DNA of 64,000 nucleotides from Candidatus Ratteibacteria bacterium (GCA_046296715.1 JBKBIN010000004.1:24785-88784), one strand, 5' to 3'. Shown: positions 1-10,346, counted from the stretch's first letter. The notes: generated by a model not told the origin, from the sequence alone. Numbers and translations: made by a program.

Positions 1-1
1 T

Positions 2-193
2 TTTGGGGAATTAATAGTTTCAATTGAACAATGTAATGAGAATGCCAAAATCTATAACCACACACTTGAGCAAGAACTTGTTTATGTGATAATTCATGGT
101 ATTTTACATTTAAAGGGTTACAAGGATTCTAAAGAAAAAGAAAAAAAAGAAATGTTTTTGAAACAGGATAAAATTTTTTATTCTATTATATAA
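2..193 (+). CDS. ybeY: rRNA maturation RNase YbeY, 3' part (runs off left edge)
   Basis: Manual translation of frame 2: FGELIVSIEQCNENAKIYNHTLEQELVYVIIHGILHLKGYKD...; HGxLHLxGY motif; followed by dgkA and recO as in the usual synteny. Confidence 0.9.
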   Translation, partial: FGELIVSIEQCNENAKIYNHTLEQELVYVIIHGILHLKGYKDSKEKEKKEMFLKQDKIFYSII

Positions 194-196
194 AAA

Positions 197-916
197 ATGA
201 AGAGTAAAAAAAATTCCTCAATACTTGCAAGTTTTGATTCTGCTTTTAATGGATTACTGTATGTTTTTAAAAGAGAAAGAAATTTTAAGATTCATATTTT
301 TGTAAGTATTATAGTAATTTTACTATCTCTCTTTTTGCATGTCCCTTTAACTGAAACTTTGATAATTATTATTTTTATTTCGCTTGTGATCGTTTCTGAA
401 ATAATAAATACTACAATTGAAATTCTCTCAGAAAATATTGATGAAGAAAAGTATAATATTATAAAAACAGTTAAAGATGTTTCTGCTTCTGCTGTATTAA
501 TATCTTCTATCTTTGCTTTTATAAGTGGCTATTTAATTTTTATAAAATTTTTTCCTAAGGGTATTAGGAATATTTTTGAAAACATTGCCAGTTCCTCATG
601 GTATTTTACTTTTTTTACGCTTGTCATTGTAATATTTTTAACAATCCTTCTAAAAATTTTAACAAGAGAAAGTTTTACTTTAGCAGGTGGTATGCCAAGT
701 ATTCATAGTGGGATTGCTTTTAGTATTTGGACTGCAATTTCTTTTTTAACATTTAAAGATTATCCAGTAATTTCACCTCTTGTTTTCTTACTTGCTTTTT
801 GGGTAGCTCAAAGTAGAGTATCAAAGAAAATTCATTCTATTGAAGAAGTAATTATTGGTGGAATAATAGGAATATTTGTTACTATATTGTTTTTTCAAAT
901 CTTATGGAGGCAATAG
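197..916 (+). CDS. dgkA: Diacylglycerol/undecaprenol kinase fused to a C-terminal PAP2-type phosphatase domain
   Basis: N-term ERNFKIH...EIINTTIE...KDVSASAVL (DgkA); C-term GGMPSIHS and SRVxxxIHxxxE (PAP2 C2/C3-like). Confidence 0.85.
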   Translation: MKSKKNSSILASFDSAFNGLLYVFKRERNFKIHIFVSIIVILLSLFLHVPLTETLIIIIFISLVIVSEIINTTIEILSENIDEEKYNIIKTVKDVSASAVLISSIFAFISGYLIFIKFFPKGIRNIFENIASSSWYFTFFTLVIVIFLTILLKILTRESFTLAGGMPSIHSGIAFSIWTAISFLTFKDYPVISPLVFLLAFWVAQSRVSKKIHSIEEVIIGGIIGIFVTILFFQILWRQ

Positions 917-1471
917 ATGAAAACATTAAGAAAACATTTTATTTCTGGAATAATTTTTATAATTCCTGTTTCTCTATCTATTTGGATTTTATTCAGAGTA
1001 TTTCTTTTTTTAGAGAATATACTTGGAAATTTTTTTAGAAGATTTTTTCCTAATATATATACGCCTGGAATTGGATTAATTTCTTTAATTATTCTTATTT
1101 TATTTATCGGTTTTCTTGCAAATAATTTTTTTGGAAAAAAGGTCCTTAAGTTAATAGAAATACTTTTTGAGAATATTCCATTTTTAAATAAAATTTTTTC
1201 TTTTTTAAAAAGTGTTGTTCAAAAAATTACAGAGGATAAAAAACAAGTATTTAAAGGAGTTGTAAAAATTAAATTACCAGGCGATTCATATACTTTAGGA
1301 TTTATTACAAAAGAAAAAAAAGAAAGTAAAAATATTTATGTTTTTGTTCCTACAGTTCCTAATATAAGTACTGGATTTATTTTAGTAGTGCCGGAAGATA
1401 AAATTGAAAAAATGGATATATCAGTAGAAGATGCTTTAAAATTAATTATTTCTATGGGAATTTTTGAGTAG
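917..1471 (+). CDS. DUF502 family membrane protein
   Basis: FISG...IP; IPFLNKIF; VFVPTVPNISTGF; MDISVEDALKLIISMG. Confidence 0.85.
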   Translation: MKTLRKHFISGIIFIIPVSLSIWILFRVFLFLENILGNFFRRFFPNIYTPGIGLISLIILILFIGFLANNFFGKKVLKLIEILFENIPFLNKIFSFLKSVVQKITEDKKQVFKGVVKIKLPGDSYTLGFITKEKKESKNIYVFVPTVPNISTGFILVVPEDKIEKMDISVEDALKLIISMGIFE

Positions 1472-1476
1472 AAAAA

Positions 1477-2217
1477 ATGCCTCCAGTATTAACTGAGGGT
1501 TTTGTTTTGAAAAAAATCAATTTCAGAGAAACAAGTGTAATACTAACCTTATTTACAAAAGATTTTGGAAAAATCAAAGGTGTTTTGAAAGGAGTTAGAA
1601 AACAGGACAGTAAAATACCTCCTTTGACCTTTAATGAAGGTGCATATATATCAACCCTTGTTTATAGAAGAAAATCTGATTTAAATCTTTTTAGTTCACC
1701 AAGTTTAATTAACTTTTTTTATTTTGAAGATAAATTATCTTCTGCGATATTTCTATATATTTTAAAACTTGTCGATCTTTTTAGTCCTGAAATGCAAAAA
1801 GAAGAAAATATTTTCTACCTTTTACAATATACTGTAGGAAGTTTGAAGCAGAATAAGAAAAAGTATTTAGTTTTTCTTTTTTTTAAAATAAAGTTTATAG
1901 AATTTCTTGGATATGGAATAAAAGTTGACAGTTGTTGTATATGTGGAAAAGAGAATAAAAAATATTTTTTTTCTCCCAAAAAAGGAGGGCTACTATGTGA
2001 AAAATGCAGGAAAGAAGATTTAAATTGTGTTAAAATATCCAATAAGTTAATTTCAATAATAAAGTTTATTAAAAAAGTTTATTTGAAAAATTTTGAAATC
2101 CTGAAAATTAATAAAATTGATGCAGAAAAAATAAATTATCTATGCAATTTAGTTTTTTATTATCATTCAAACTTAAATTTTATATGGTGGAAAAATGAGA
2201 AAAATATATTCAGATGA
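1477..2217 (+). CDS. recO: DNA repair protein RecO
   Basis: EGFVLKKINFRETSVILTLFTKDFGKI..VLKGVR; CxxC...CxxC zinc finger. Confidence 0.9.
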   Translation: MPPVLTEGFVLKKINFRETSVILTLFTKDFGKIKGVLKGVRKQDSKIPPLTFNEGAYISTLVYRRKSDLNLFSSPSLINFFYFEDKLSSAIFLYILKLVDLFSPEMQKEENIFYLLQYTVGSLKQNKKKYLVFLFFKIKFIEFLGYGIKVDSCCICGKENKKYFFSPKKGGLLCEKCRKEDLNCVKISNKLISIIKFIKKVYLKNFEILKINKIDAEKINYLCNLVFYYHSNLNFIWWKNEKNIFR

Positions 2218-3034
2218 AATTATTGAGAAGATTTCTGAAACAATAATAAAAATTAATTATGAACTTCCAAAAGAGATAAAAAATTATATTAAAACTGCTT
2301 GTAAAAATGAAACTGATAAGTATTCAAAGAAATACCTTGAAATTATTCTTGAAAATATTGAAATTGCTGAAAAGAAAAGAATGCCAATTTGTCAAGATAC
2401 AGGACTTCCTGTTGTATTTGTTGAAATGGGAATGGATATAAAAATAGAGAAAGGGAAATATAAAAGTTTAGAAGAAATTATAAATGAAGGTATTAAAAGA
2501 GGGAGTAAAAAAGGTTATTTAAGAAAGTCAATTGTGAGTGTAATAGAAAGAGAAAATACTGGAACTAATACCCCTTGTGTTATTCATTTTTTTTTGAATG
2601 ATAGTGATAAATTAAAATTCACAATAATAGCAAAGGGTTTTGGTTCCGAGAATAAGAGTAGAATAAAGATGTTAAATCCATCGGATGGAAAAAAGGGAAT
2701 AGAAAATTTTATTATTGAAACAGTTAAAAAAGCAGGTAGTTTTCCTTGTCCGCCTTTATTTATAGGTGTTGGAATTGGTGGTTCTTTTGAAAAAGCAGCA
2801 ATACTTTCCAAATATGCTTTATGTAAAATAGGTAAAGAAGATTCTAAATATAGGGATTGGGAAAAAGAAATTATATTTAAAATAAATAAACTTAGAATAG
2901 GACCATCTGGTTTTGGTGGTGATATTACTGCACTTGATTTAAAAATTGAAACATATCCTACACATATAGCAGGACTGCCTGTTGCAGTAAACTTATGTTG
3001 TTGGGCTCATAGAATTGGGAGTTTTGAAATATGA
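2195..3034 (+). CDS. Fe-S hydro-lyase (class I fumarate/tartrate hydratase) alpha subunit
   Basis: PICQDTG, KGFGSEN, CPPLFIGVGIGG, THIAGLPVAVNLCCWAHR. Confidence 0.9.
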   Translation: MRKIYSDEIIEKISETIIKINYELPKEIKNYIKTACKNETDKYSKKYLEIILENIEIAEKKRMPICQDTGLPVVFVEMGMDIKIEKGKYKSLEEIINEGIKRGSKKGYLRKSIVSVIERENTGTNTPCVIHFFLNDSDKLKFTIIAKGFGSENKSRIKMLNPSDGKKGIENFIIETVKKAGSFPCPPLFIGVGIGGSFEKAAILSKYALCKIGKEDSKYRDWEKEIIFKINKLRIGPSGFGGDITALDLKIETYPTHIAGLPVAVNLCCWAHRIGSFEI

Positions 3035-3597
3035 AAAATATATGTTTCCCTTTAGAAAATGAAAAAGATCTGGAAAACTTTAAAGTAGGTGATTATGTTT
3101 TGATAAATGGTAAAGTTCTTACAGCAAGGGATGCAGCCCATAAAAAACTGATTGAAATTATAAAAGCAGGAAAAGCACTTCCTATAAATATAAAAAATAA
3201 CTTAATTTATTATACAGGTCCTTCACCTACTCCAAAAGGAAAAATTGTAGGTTCAATTGGACCTACAACAAGTGAAAGGATGGATAATCTAACTATTCCT
3301 TTATTAAAATATGGATTGAAAGCAACAATGGGTAAAGGAGAGAGAGGTAAAAAAATTGTTGAAAGTTGTAAAATTTTTAAAGCAATCTATCTTATTACTT
3401 ATGGCGGATGTGGTGCTTATTTAAGTCAGTTTGTCAAAAGAATTAGGCTTTTATGTTTTGAAGAACTTGGACCTGAAGGTATTTATGAACTTGAAGTTAT
3501 AAATTTTCCTGCAATAGTGTGTATAGATATTTATGGCAATAATTTTTATGATTTTAAGAGGTATAACAAAAATAGCGGCCATAGTTCAATTGGATAG
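3031..3597 (+). CDS. Fe-S hydro-lyase (fumarate/tartrate hydratase) beta subunit
   Basis: TARDAAH, GPTTSERM, MGKG, EELGPEGI; ATGA overlap with alpha subunit. Confidence 0.9.
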   Translation: MKNICFPLENEKDLENFKVGDYVLINGKVLTARDAAHKKLIEIIKAGKALPINIKNNLIYYTGPSPTPKGKIVGSIGPTTSERMDNLTIPLLKYGLKATMGKGERGKKIVESCKIFKAIYLITYGGCGAYLSQFVKRIRLLCFEELGPEGIYELEVINFPAIVCIDIYGNNFYDFKRYNKNSGHSSIG

Positions 3598-3648
3598 AAC
3601 ATCGGGTTGCGGACCCGAAAGTTGCCCGTTCAAGTCGGGCTGGCCGCA
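3575..3648 (+). tRNA. tRNA-Arg(GCG)
   Basis: Cloverleaf: GCGGCCA/TGGCCGC acceptor stem; TCGGG-TTGCGGA-CCCGA anticodon arm; GTTCAAGT T-loop; no encoded CCA. Confidence 0.95.
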
Positions 3649-3652
3649 GTTT

Positions 3653-3728
3653 CGGGGTGTAGCTCAGTTTGGTTGAGAGCGCTTGGTTCGGGACCAAGAG
3701 GTCTCCGGTTCAAATCCGGACACCCCGA
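3653..3728 (+). tRNA. tRNA-Pro(CGG)
   Basis: CGGGGTG/CACCCCG acceptor; CTTGG-TTCGGGA-CCAAG anticodon arm; GGTTCAAATCC T arm; no encoded CCA. Confidence 0.95.
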
Positions 3729-3741
3729 TTTTTTAAATAAA

Positions 3742-4236
3742 TCATGATTGTGACGTCAACTCTTTCAGTTTTTTTTCATAATATTTTTTTTCTTGTTCAG
3801 AAGCATAGTCAATTATCAAAATCCCATTCAAGTGGTCAATCTCATGTTGAAAACACCTTGCTAATAAATCTTTCCCTTCAATTATTATCTCTTTTCCATT
3901 TTCATTTATGCCTTTAATAGTAACCATTTTATTTCTATTAATTGAAAAATAAATTTCGGGAAAACTTAAACAACCTTCAAAATCTATTATTTCTTCCTGA
4001 TTTTTATCAACTATTTCTGGGTTTATAACTGTAATTAAATTCCCTTTTTCTTTGTCATAAGCAATAAAAATTCTTTTTAAGATACCAACTTGATTTGCGG
4101 CTAACCCAAGTCCTTTAACAGAAATTAATGTCTCTTTCATTGATTTTATTAGTTTTCTAACTTTATCATCAATATCTTTAACCTCTTCGGCTCTTTTTCT
4201 TAAAATATTTTCTCCATACTTTCTTATTTTTCTCAT
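3742..4236 (-). CDS. def: Peptide deformylase
   Basis: GLGLAANQVG, EGCLS, QHEIDHLNG. Confidence 0.97.
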   Translation of the reverse strand: MRKIRKYGENILRKRAEEVKDIDDKVRKLIKSMKETLISVKGLGLAANQVGILKRIFIAYDKEKGNLITVINPEIVDKNQEEIIDFEGCLSFPEIYFSINRNKMVTIKGINENGKEIIIEGKDLLARCFQHEIDHLNGILIIDYASEQEKKYYEKKLKELTSQS

Positions 4237-4237
4237 T

Positions 4238-5533
4238 TTAACAGATTACTTTTGTACCGAGATACTTTTCTACAATTTTTATTGCACAATATTTTCCACA
4301 CATAGTGCATACATCTTTATTTTTTAAAGGGAACTTCATCCTTAACTTTTTAAACTTTTCTTTATCAATAGCAATTTGCATTTCTTCTTTCCATTTTCTT
4401 TCAGTTCTGGCAATATCCATCAAAAAATCAAGTTCCTTTGTATTTTTAATTCCTTTTCCAATGTCACCAGCATGTGCAGCAATTTTTGCAGCAATAACTC
4501 CTTCTTTTACTTCTTCAACACCAGGTAATGATAGATGTTCGCTTGGTGTGACATAACACAAAAAGTCTGCCCCTTTCCAGGCAGCAATTGCTCCTCCAAT
4601 TGCAGAAGTGATATGATCGTATCCAGGAGCAATATCACACACAATTGGTCCAAGAACATAAAAAGGAGCGTTATGACAGATTTTTTTCTCAAGTAAAACA
4701 TTTGTCTCTATTTCATTAATTGGTATATGACCTGGTCCTTCTATTATAACCTGAACATTATTCTCCCATGCATATTTTGTTAATTCTCCAAGTGTAAGCA
4801 ATTCTTCAATTTGAGCACTATCTGTTGAATCAATAATTCCACCTGGTCTCAATCCATCTCCTAAACTTAAGACAATGTCATATTTTTTTGCAATTTCTAA
4901 CAATCTATCAAAATTTTTATACAATGGATTTTCTTTTTCATTTGATATCATCCAGGAAATTAAAAATGCTCCTCCTCTACTTACAACAAGAGATTTTCTT
5001 GGATTTTTTCTTAATCTTTCAACACTTTTTAAGTTTAATCCACAATGAACTGTAATGAAACTTACTCCATCTTTTGCATGCTTTTCAATAACTTCAAAAA
5101 TTTTATCTTCATCCATTTTTATTAGTGCACCCTTTTCATTTATTGATTCTATCGCTGCTTGATATATTGGAACTGTACCTACTGGAACACTGCTTTTTTT
5201 TAATATTGTCTTTCTAATTTTGTCTAAACTACCCCCTGTACTTAAATCCATAACAGTGTCTGTCCCATATTTTTCTGCAACCATCAATTTTTCAATTTCT
5301 AAGGATAGATCACATACTTCAGGAGATGTCCCTATATTTGCATTTACTTTTGTTTTTGTGCTTTCACCTATCCCTAAATATTTTTCTTTGTGTTTTAAAA
5401 TTATAACTTTACCTTCTGCAACTTTTTTTGCCAATTCTTCCGGATTTAGAGATTCATATTCTGCAACTTTTTTGACAGCATTACTTATTATTCCTTTTTT
5501 CGCAATTTCTTTTTCAAGTATTATTTTTTTCAT
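4238..5533 (-). CDS. thiC: Phosphomethylpyrimidine synthase ThiC (short form)
   Basis: [43 protein letters not shown]; a BzaF-like paralogue is not excluded. Confidence 0.9.
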   Translation of the reverse strand: MKKIILEKEIAKKGIISNAVKKVAEYESLNPEELAKKVAEGKVIILKHKEKYLGIGESTKTKVNANIGTSPEVCDLSLEIEKLMVAEKYGTDTVMDLSTGGSLDKIRKTILKKSSVPVGTVPIYQAAIESINEKGALIKMDEDKIFEVIEKHAKDGVSFITVHCGLNLKSVERLRKNPRKSLVVSRGGAFLISWMISNEKENPLYKNFDRLLEIAKKYDIVLSLGDGLRPGGIIDSTDSAQIEELLTLGELTKYAWENNVQVIIEGPGHIPINEIETNVLLEKKICHNAPFYVLGPIVCDIAPGYDHITSAIGGAIAAWKGADFLCYVTPSEHLSLPGVEEVKEGVIAAKIAAHAGDIGKGIKNTKELDFLMDIARTERKWKEEMQIAIDKEKFKKLRMKFPLKNKDVCTMCGKYCAIKIVEKYLGTKVIC

Positions 5534-7185
5534 TTAAGAATTCCTCCTGTATTAGCAGAATGAACAAGTTTTGAATATTTTGCAAGAACTCCTTTTAAAT
5601 CCTTTTTTAGTATTTTGATTTCCTTTTTTCTTTTTTTCATTTCTTCTTCATTTATGCAGATTTCAATTCTTCTTGAGGGAATATCAATTTCAATTATATC
5701 ACCATCTTTTACATATGCAATTGGACCTCCTTCTGCTGCTTCTGGACTTATATGTCCAATACAAGGACCTCTTGTACCACCCGAGAATCTTCCATCTGTA
5801 ATTAAAGCAACTTTTTCTTCAAGTCCTTTACCACTTATTACAGATGTTATTGATAACATTTCTCTCATACCTGGTCCACCTTTTGGCCCTTCATATCTTA
5901 TAACTATCACTCCTTCTTTTATTTTACCTTCAATAACTGCTTTCATAGCATCTTCTTCTGAATTAAATACAATTGCTTTTCCTTTAAATTTTCTCATATT
6001 TTCTTTAACTGCTGATTGTTTTACAACTGCACCATCTGGAGCTAGTGAACCTTTTAAGATTGCTATTCCACCTTCTTTCATATAAGGGTTTTCAATATCT
6101 CTAATCACATTTCTATCATAAACTTTTGCTTTTTCAATAATTTCACCAATTTTTTCACCAGAGACAGTTAAACATTCTGTTTCAATTAATCCTTTTTTAT
6201 TTAATTCTTTCATTACTGCTGGAATTCCACCAGCATTATCTAAATCTTGTAAGTGTTGTTTAGAAGCAGGAGAAAGTTTACAGATATTTGGAGTTATTCT
6301 GCTTAACTGATCAAATATTTCAAGGTCAATTTTAATCTGACCTTCATTTGCAATTGCAGGGAGATGTAAAACTGTATTTGTTGAAGCTCCAATTGCCATG
6401 TCAACAACAATTGCATTTTTGAAACTTTCAAATCTTATAATATCTAAAGGTTTAATATTTTTGTTAACAAGTTCTACAATTTTCATCCCTGTATATTTTG
6501 CTAATCTAATTCTTCTTGCATCTACAGCAGGTATTGTTCCATTTCCAGGTAAAGCAAGCCCTAATGCTTCTGAAAGACAGTTCATTGAGTTTGCTGTAAA
6601 CATTCCTGCACAACTTCCAGCACCAGGACAAGCTCTTTCTTCTATGAGTTTAAGTTCTTCCTCTGTAATTTCTCCTTCTAAAAATTTTCCCACTCCTTCA
6701 AAAACACTAATTAAATCAAGTTCTTTTTGTTCTGGTAAAAAACCGCATAACATAGGACCACCACTTATAAAAATTCCAGGAATATTTATTCTTAAAAGAG
6801 CCATCAACATTCCAGGAACAATTTTATCACAACTTGCTATCATCACTATTCCATCAAATTGGTGTGCTTGAGTCATTATTTCAATAGAATCTGCAATTAT
6901 ATCTCTTGAGACCAAACTATATTTCATTCCTTGATGACCCATTGCTATTCCATCACAAACTCCGATAGTCCTAAATTCAATCGGTGTTCCACCTGCGATT
7001 CTAATTCCTGCTTTAACTGCTTCTGTAATTTTATCAAGATGTATGTGACCTGGAATTATTTCATTTCCTGAATTTGCTACACCTATTATAGGTCTTTTTA
7101 TTTCTTCATCTGTAAGTCCAGTCGCCTTTAACAAACTTCTATGAGGAGCCCTTACATAATCTTTTTTTATATTGTCACTTCTCAT
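5530..7185 (-). CDS. ilvD: Dihydroxy-acid dehydratase
   Basis: [45 protein letters not shown]. Confidence 0.97.
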   Translation of the reverse strand: MRSDNIKKDYVRAPHRSLLKATGLTDEEIKRPIIGVANSGNEIIPGHIHLDKITEAVKAGIRIAGGTPIEFRTIGVCDGIAMGHQGMKYSLVSRDIIADSIEIMTQAHQFDGIVMIASCDKIVPGMLMALLRINIPGIFISGGPMLCGFLPEQKELDLISVFEGVGKFLEGEITEEELKLIEERACPGAGSCAGMFTANSMNCLSEALGLALPGNGTIPAVDARRIRLAKYTGMKIVELVNKNIKPLDIIRFESFKNAIVVDMAIGASTNTVLHLPAIANEGQIKIDLEIFDQLSRITPNICKLSPASKQHLQDLDNAGGIPAVMKELNKKGLIETECLTVSGEKIGEIIEKAKVYDRNVIRDIENPYMKEGGIAILKGSLAPDGAVVKQSAVKENMRKFKGKAIVFNSEEDAMKAVIEGKIKEGVIVIRYEGPKGGPGMREMLSITSVISGKGLEEKVALITDGRFSGGTRGPCIGHISPEAAEGGPIAYVKDGDIIEIDIPSRRIEICINEEEMKKRKKEIKILKKDLKGVLAKYSKLVHSANTGGILK

Positions 7186-7254
7186 TTTTCCCTCCTAATT
7201 TTATAAAATTAAAAAAGAAAAACTTTTTATCAACTAATAAATCTTGGCAAAAAA

Positions 7255-7283
7255 ATGATATAGTAAAAATCTATATATGTCAA
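7255..7283 (-). promoter_or_regulatory. Putative sigma70 promoter of ilvD-thiC-def
   Basis: TTGACA-N17-TATCAT on minus strand. Confidence 0.6.
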
Positions 7284-7288
7284 TTAAT

Positions 7289-8473
7289 TCAAAACTTTGT
7301 AAGGATTAAGGGAAGATGAATTAAAGATTTTTTAAATTCATTTTCAACTTCTCCTTCATTTGTTCCCCAAAAGTATAAAAGTTCATTTTTAAGTAATAAG
7401 ACAGAATAACTTCCAGAAGCAGAAATAAGATATCCATCTTTAAATAACTCTTTTCCATTATACACTTTAATTGGAAAGTTTACTTTTTTTAAAATCATAT
7501 TTCCAAGTTGTCCAAAACTATTTCCACCAAAAACAAAAATAGTTCCATCTTTGGTCAGGACAATTGTATGATTTCTTCCTGCTGAAACTTCAACAACATC
7601 TTTTAAATATCCTTCCCCATGTTCACCTTTTACTAAAACTGGTATATTTTTGTCTTTATAAGTTCCGTCTCCAAGTTGTCCTTTCCAGTTTTTACCCCAT
7701 GCATATAGGTTTCCATCCTTATCTATTGCAAATGAATGAAAAGCACCGCAGGAGATTTTGACTATATTTTTTAAATTTTTTACTTTAACAGGATAAAATC
7801 TATTTTTATAAGTTCCATCACCAAGTTGACCAAATTCGTTATCTCCCCATGCCCAAACAGTTCCATCCTTTGATAATGCAAGAACATGAAAAGCGCCTGC
7901 TTTTATATCTATTATATTTTTTAAATCTTTTACACTTGTTTTCACTGGAAGAGGATAATTTCTATTTATTATTGTTCCATCTCCAAGTTGTCCATATTTA
8001 TTATCTCCCCATGTCCAGATAGTTCCATCTTTTCTTAATGCAACTGAAAAATCCCATCCACCTGCAACTTTTATTACTCCGTCAAAAATTTTTCCACTTT
8101 TATATTTTACAAAAACAGGAAATTTTGAGTTTTTATAAGTTCCATCACCAAGTTGACCAGAAACATTTCCACCCCATGTTAAGACAAAACCATTTTTATG
8201 TAGTGCAATTGAATGTATATCCCCTGCTCCAATATCAATTATATCTTTTAAGTATTCTTTATCATTTAACTTAACTTTTACAGGTTTACTTACATTTCTA
8301 TCATTTCCATTACCTATTTGACCTGCTTTATTCCATCCAAAAGCAAATACATATCCATCTTTAGTCAAAATCAATGTATGAGATTTACCACTTACAATTT
8401 TCTCTATCTTTTCTGAAAAAGCAAAATTACAAAACCAAAAAAGTAAATAAAAGAGCAGAAATTTTTTTCCCAT
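7289..8473 (-). CDS. Secreted RCC1/BLIP-II-like beta-propeller repeat protein
   Basis: Signal peptide; about 7 repeats of G..HS.AL.KDG.V..WG.N..GQLGDGT. Confidence 0.9.
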   Translation of the reverse strand: MGKKFLLFYLLFWFCNFAFSEKIEKIVSGKSHTLILTKDGYVFAFGWNKAGQIGNGNDRNVSKPVKVKLNDKEYLKDIIDIGAGDIHSIALHKNGFVLTWGGNVSGQLGDGTYKNSKFPVFVKYKSGKIFDGVIKVAGGWDFSVALRKDGTIWTWGDNKYGQLGDGTIINRNYPLPVKTSVKDLKNIIDIKAGAFHVLALSKDGTVWAWGDNEFGQLGDGTYKNRFYPVKVKNLKNIVKISCGAFHSFAIDKDGNLYAWGKNWKGQLGDGTYKDKNIPVLVKGEHGEGYLKDVVEVSAGRNHTIVLTKDGTIFVFGGNSFGQLGNMILKKVNFPIKVYNGKELFKDGYLISASGSYSVLLLKNELLYFWGTNEGEVENEFKKSLIHLPLILTKF

Positions 8474-8482
8474 TACCTTGAT

Positions 8483-9616
8483 TTAGACATAATTTTTAAC
8501 AGGAAGGTTTAGTTTTAAAATATAACTTCTTCTGTAATTTTCATGTATTGAATCAAATGTTATAGTATTTTCATCTTCCCACCTTGGATGTAAATCACAT
8601 CTAATAGAATCTGTAATTTTTGGGAGAGAGTAAAATTTGCCTATTATTACTTCCTCATCTTTGTCAAGATTAAAAATTTTAAGATATCTATAGTTTTCAA
8701 TAGGGTATGTGTCGTATAGAATAAATTTTTTATTTTTTGAATATGAACAATGTCCATCAATTTTTTGAATTTTTTTACTCAATTTTTTAATTTTTCTGGT
8801 TTTATCTTCTATTATCCAGAATCCTTTTTCGCCTTTTATTTCTGCCCAAACTATTATTTCTTTTTCATCTTTCCAATCAAAATGAGAAATACTGTAAGAG
8901 TCAATTAAATCATAAATTTCTTTCCCTTCCAAATCACTTGTTATAAATCTTGTTTTAAATGGTTCATTAAATTTAGTTTTCCATCTATTTACAAAACAAA
9001 ATCTTGTTCCATCTTTATTAAATAGAGTGTGATTAAACCATCCATAAGATTGATTAATTTCTTTTTCTTTTCTGAATTCAAGCATTTTAGAAAGAGGGAT
9101 TATCAATTTATACTTATTTCTTTCAATATCAACAATATAAATACCATCATTTTCAGGCCACTTTTCATTCTCATATCTATCTTTCAAACCTACATAACCA
9201 TATCCAGGTCTCCACTTATCAAGCCGAGAAAAATTTAAACTTAAAGCAATTTTCTTTTCAGGAAATATACAACTTATTGGTCTATCAATAATTTTAGATT
9301 TTCCATTTTTTATGTTATAAATTTTTGAAAAAAAATTTTCCCCTATCCTCACATTATAAATTATTTCTTGATCAGATAACCATGAGAGCATACAGCCCTG
9401 TTGAAAATTCCATGAATATGTTTCATCAATTTTTTGATATTTTTTATTTTCAATTTCTCCTATATATATCTCTGCTTTATCATTTTTTTGTGGTTCTCTA
9501 TTTTGAAATTCAACTTTTAAAAATAGAAAATATTTTTTATCATAACTTATTTGTTTCTTATCATAATACCCAAAAAAACAAATTTTATTTTCAGGAGTTA
9601 ACGGTTGAATTTTCAT
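8483..9616 (-). CDS. Hypothetical beta-propeller protein (TolB/oligogalacturonate lyase-like)
   Basis: FFGYYD, WNFQQG, DGHCSYS, DTYP, RCDLHPRW motifs. Confidence 0.6.
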   Translation of the reverse strand: MKIQPLTPENKICFFGYYDKKQISYDKKYFLFLKVEFQNREPQKNDKAEIYIGEIENKKYQKIDETYSWNFQQGCMLSWLSDQEIIYNVRIGENFFSKIYNIKNGKSKIIDRPISCIFPEKKIALSLNFSRLDKWRPGYGYVGLKDRYENEKWPENDGIYIVDIERNKYKLIIPLSKMLEFRKEKEINQSYGWFNHTLFNKDGTRFCFVNRWKTKFNEPFKTRFITSDLEGKEIYDLIDSYSISHFDWKDEKEIIVWAEIKGEKGFWIIEDKTRKIKKLSKKIQKIDGHCSYSKNKKFILYDTYPIENYRYLKIFNLDKDEEVIIGKFYSLPKITDSIRCDLHPRWEDENTITFDSIHENYRRSYILKLNLPVKNYV

Positions 9617-9719
9617 TTTTTGAAAGTTAAAATTTCTCTTGTATCTTACTTATTATACTGAAAATAATTTTGAGAAGTCAAAATTTTGTAATAAAATGAT
9701 ATCAATTTAGGAGAAAAAA

Positions 9720-10172
9720 ATGGAAAATTTAAGAAAAATAAAAATTGTTTCAGTTCTATTTTCTTTATTTCCTTTGCTTTTGATTTTAATTGGGAAGATA
9801 ATGGTTTTAAATGGTTTTTCGCATTTTGTAGTAAATTATGAAGAAAACGAGAGGGTAAAAATTATTTTGAATACTTTTTATCTTTTAGGACTTGGAATCT
9901 TCTTTTTCTGTGGAGGTTTTTCTGACTGTATTTCAAAAAAACTATTTTCACATAAAAAAGATAATTCTGAAAAAGATCAAGCATACTTTCTTTATATAAT
10001 TTTAATATTTTCTTTTTTGAATATAATCTCTATCTGTGGTTTTATTGGGTTTTTAATATGTGGAAATTTTGCGTGGCTTGTTACTTTTTCTTTAATTAAT
10101 TTTTTATCTTTGTTTTCATATTTCCCAACACAAAAAAGATATAAGAAAAAAATTGAGATGTTTTCTGAATAA
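9720..10172 (+). CDS. Hypothetical 4-TM membrane protein
   Basis: AGGAG RBS; four hydrophobic segments. Confidence 0.7.
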   Translation: MENLRKIKIVSVLFSLFPLLLILIGKIMVLNGFSHFVVNYEENERVKIILNTFYLLGLGIFFFCGGFSDCISKKLFSHKKDNSEKDQAYFLYIILIFSFLNIISICGFIGFLICGNFAWLVTFSLINFLSLFSYFPTQKRYKKKIEMFSE

Positions 10173-10180
10173 AAAGAAAG

Positions 10181-10252
10181 AGCGGGATACGGGATTTGAA
10201 CCCGCGACTTCGAGCTTGGGAAGCTCGCACTCTACCGCTGAGTTAATCCCGC
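10181..10252 (-). tRNA. tRNA-Gly(CCC)
   Basis: Reverse complement GCGGGATTAACTCAGCGGTAGAGTGCGAGCTTCCCAAGCTCGAAGTCGCGGGTTCAAATCCCGTATCCCGCT. Confidence 0.95.
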
Positions 10253-10346
10253 TTATATATATTTTTACCCTGTTTTTGAAAAAAAATCAACTTTTGAAAA
10301 ATTGATTTTTAAATATTTTTTTATTATAATTTTAAAAAGGGGAAAA

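Noticed and set aside
95..127. YbeY motif ending GYKD instead of GYDH as inactivation
   Set aside because: An Asp in place of the third His is a variant I recognise from other YbeY proteins
7289..8473. Recurrent CCAAGTTG-like DNA words as a nucleotide repeat array
   Set aside because: Explained by the GQLG motif of the RCC1 protein repeats
3575..10252. tRNA-anchored integrated element
   Set aside because: No integrase, and no duplicated tRNA 3' end was seen
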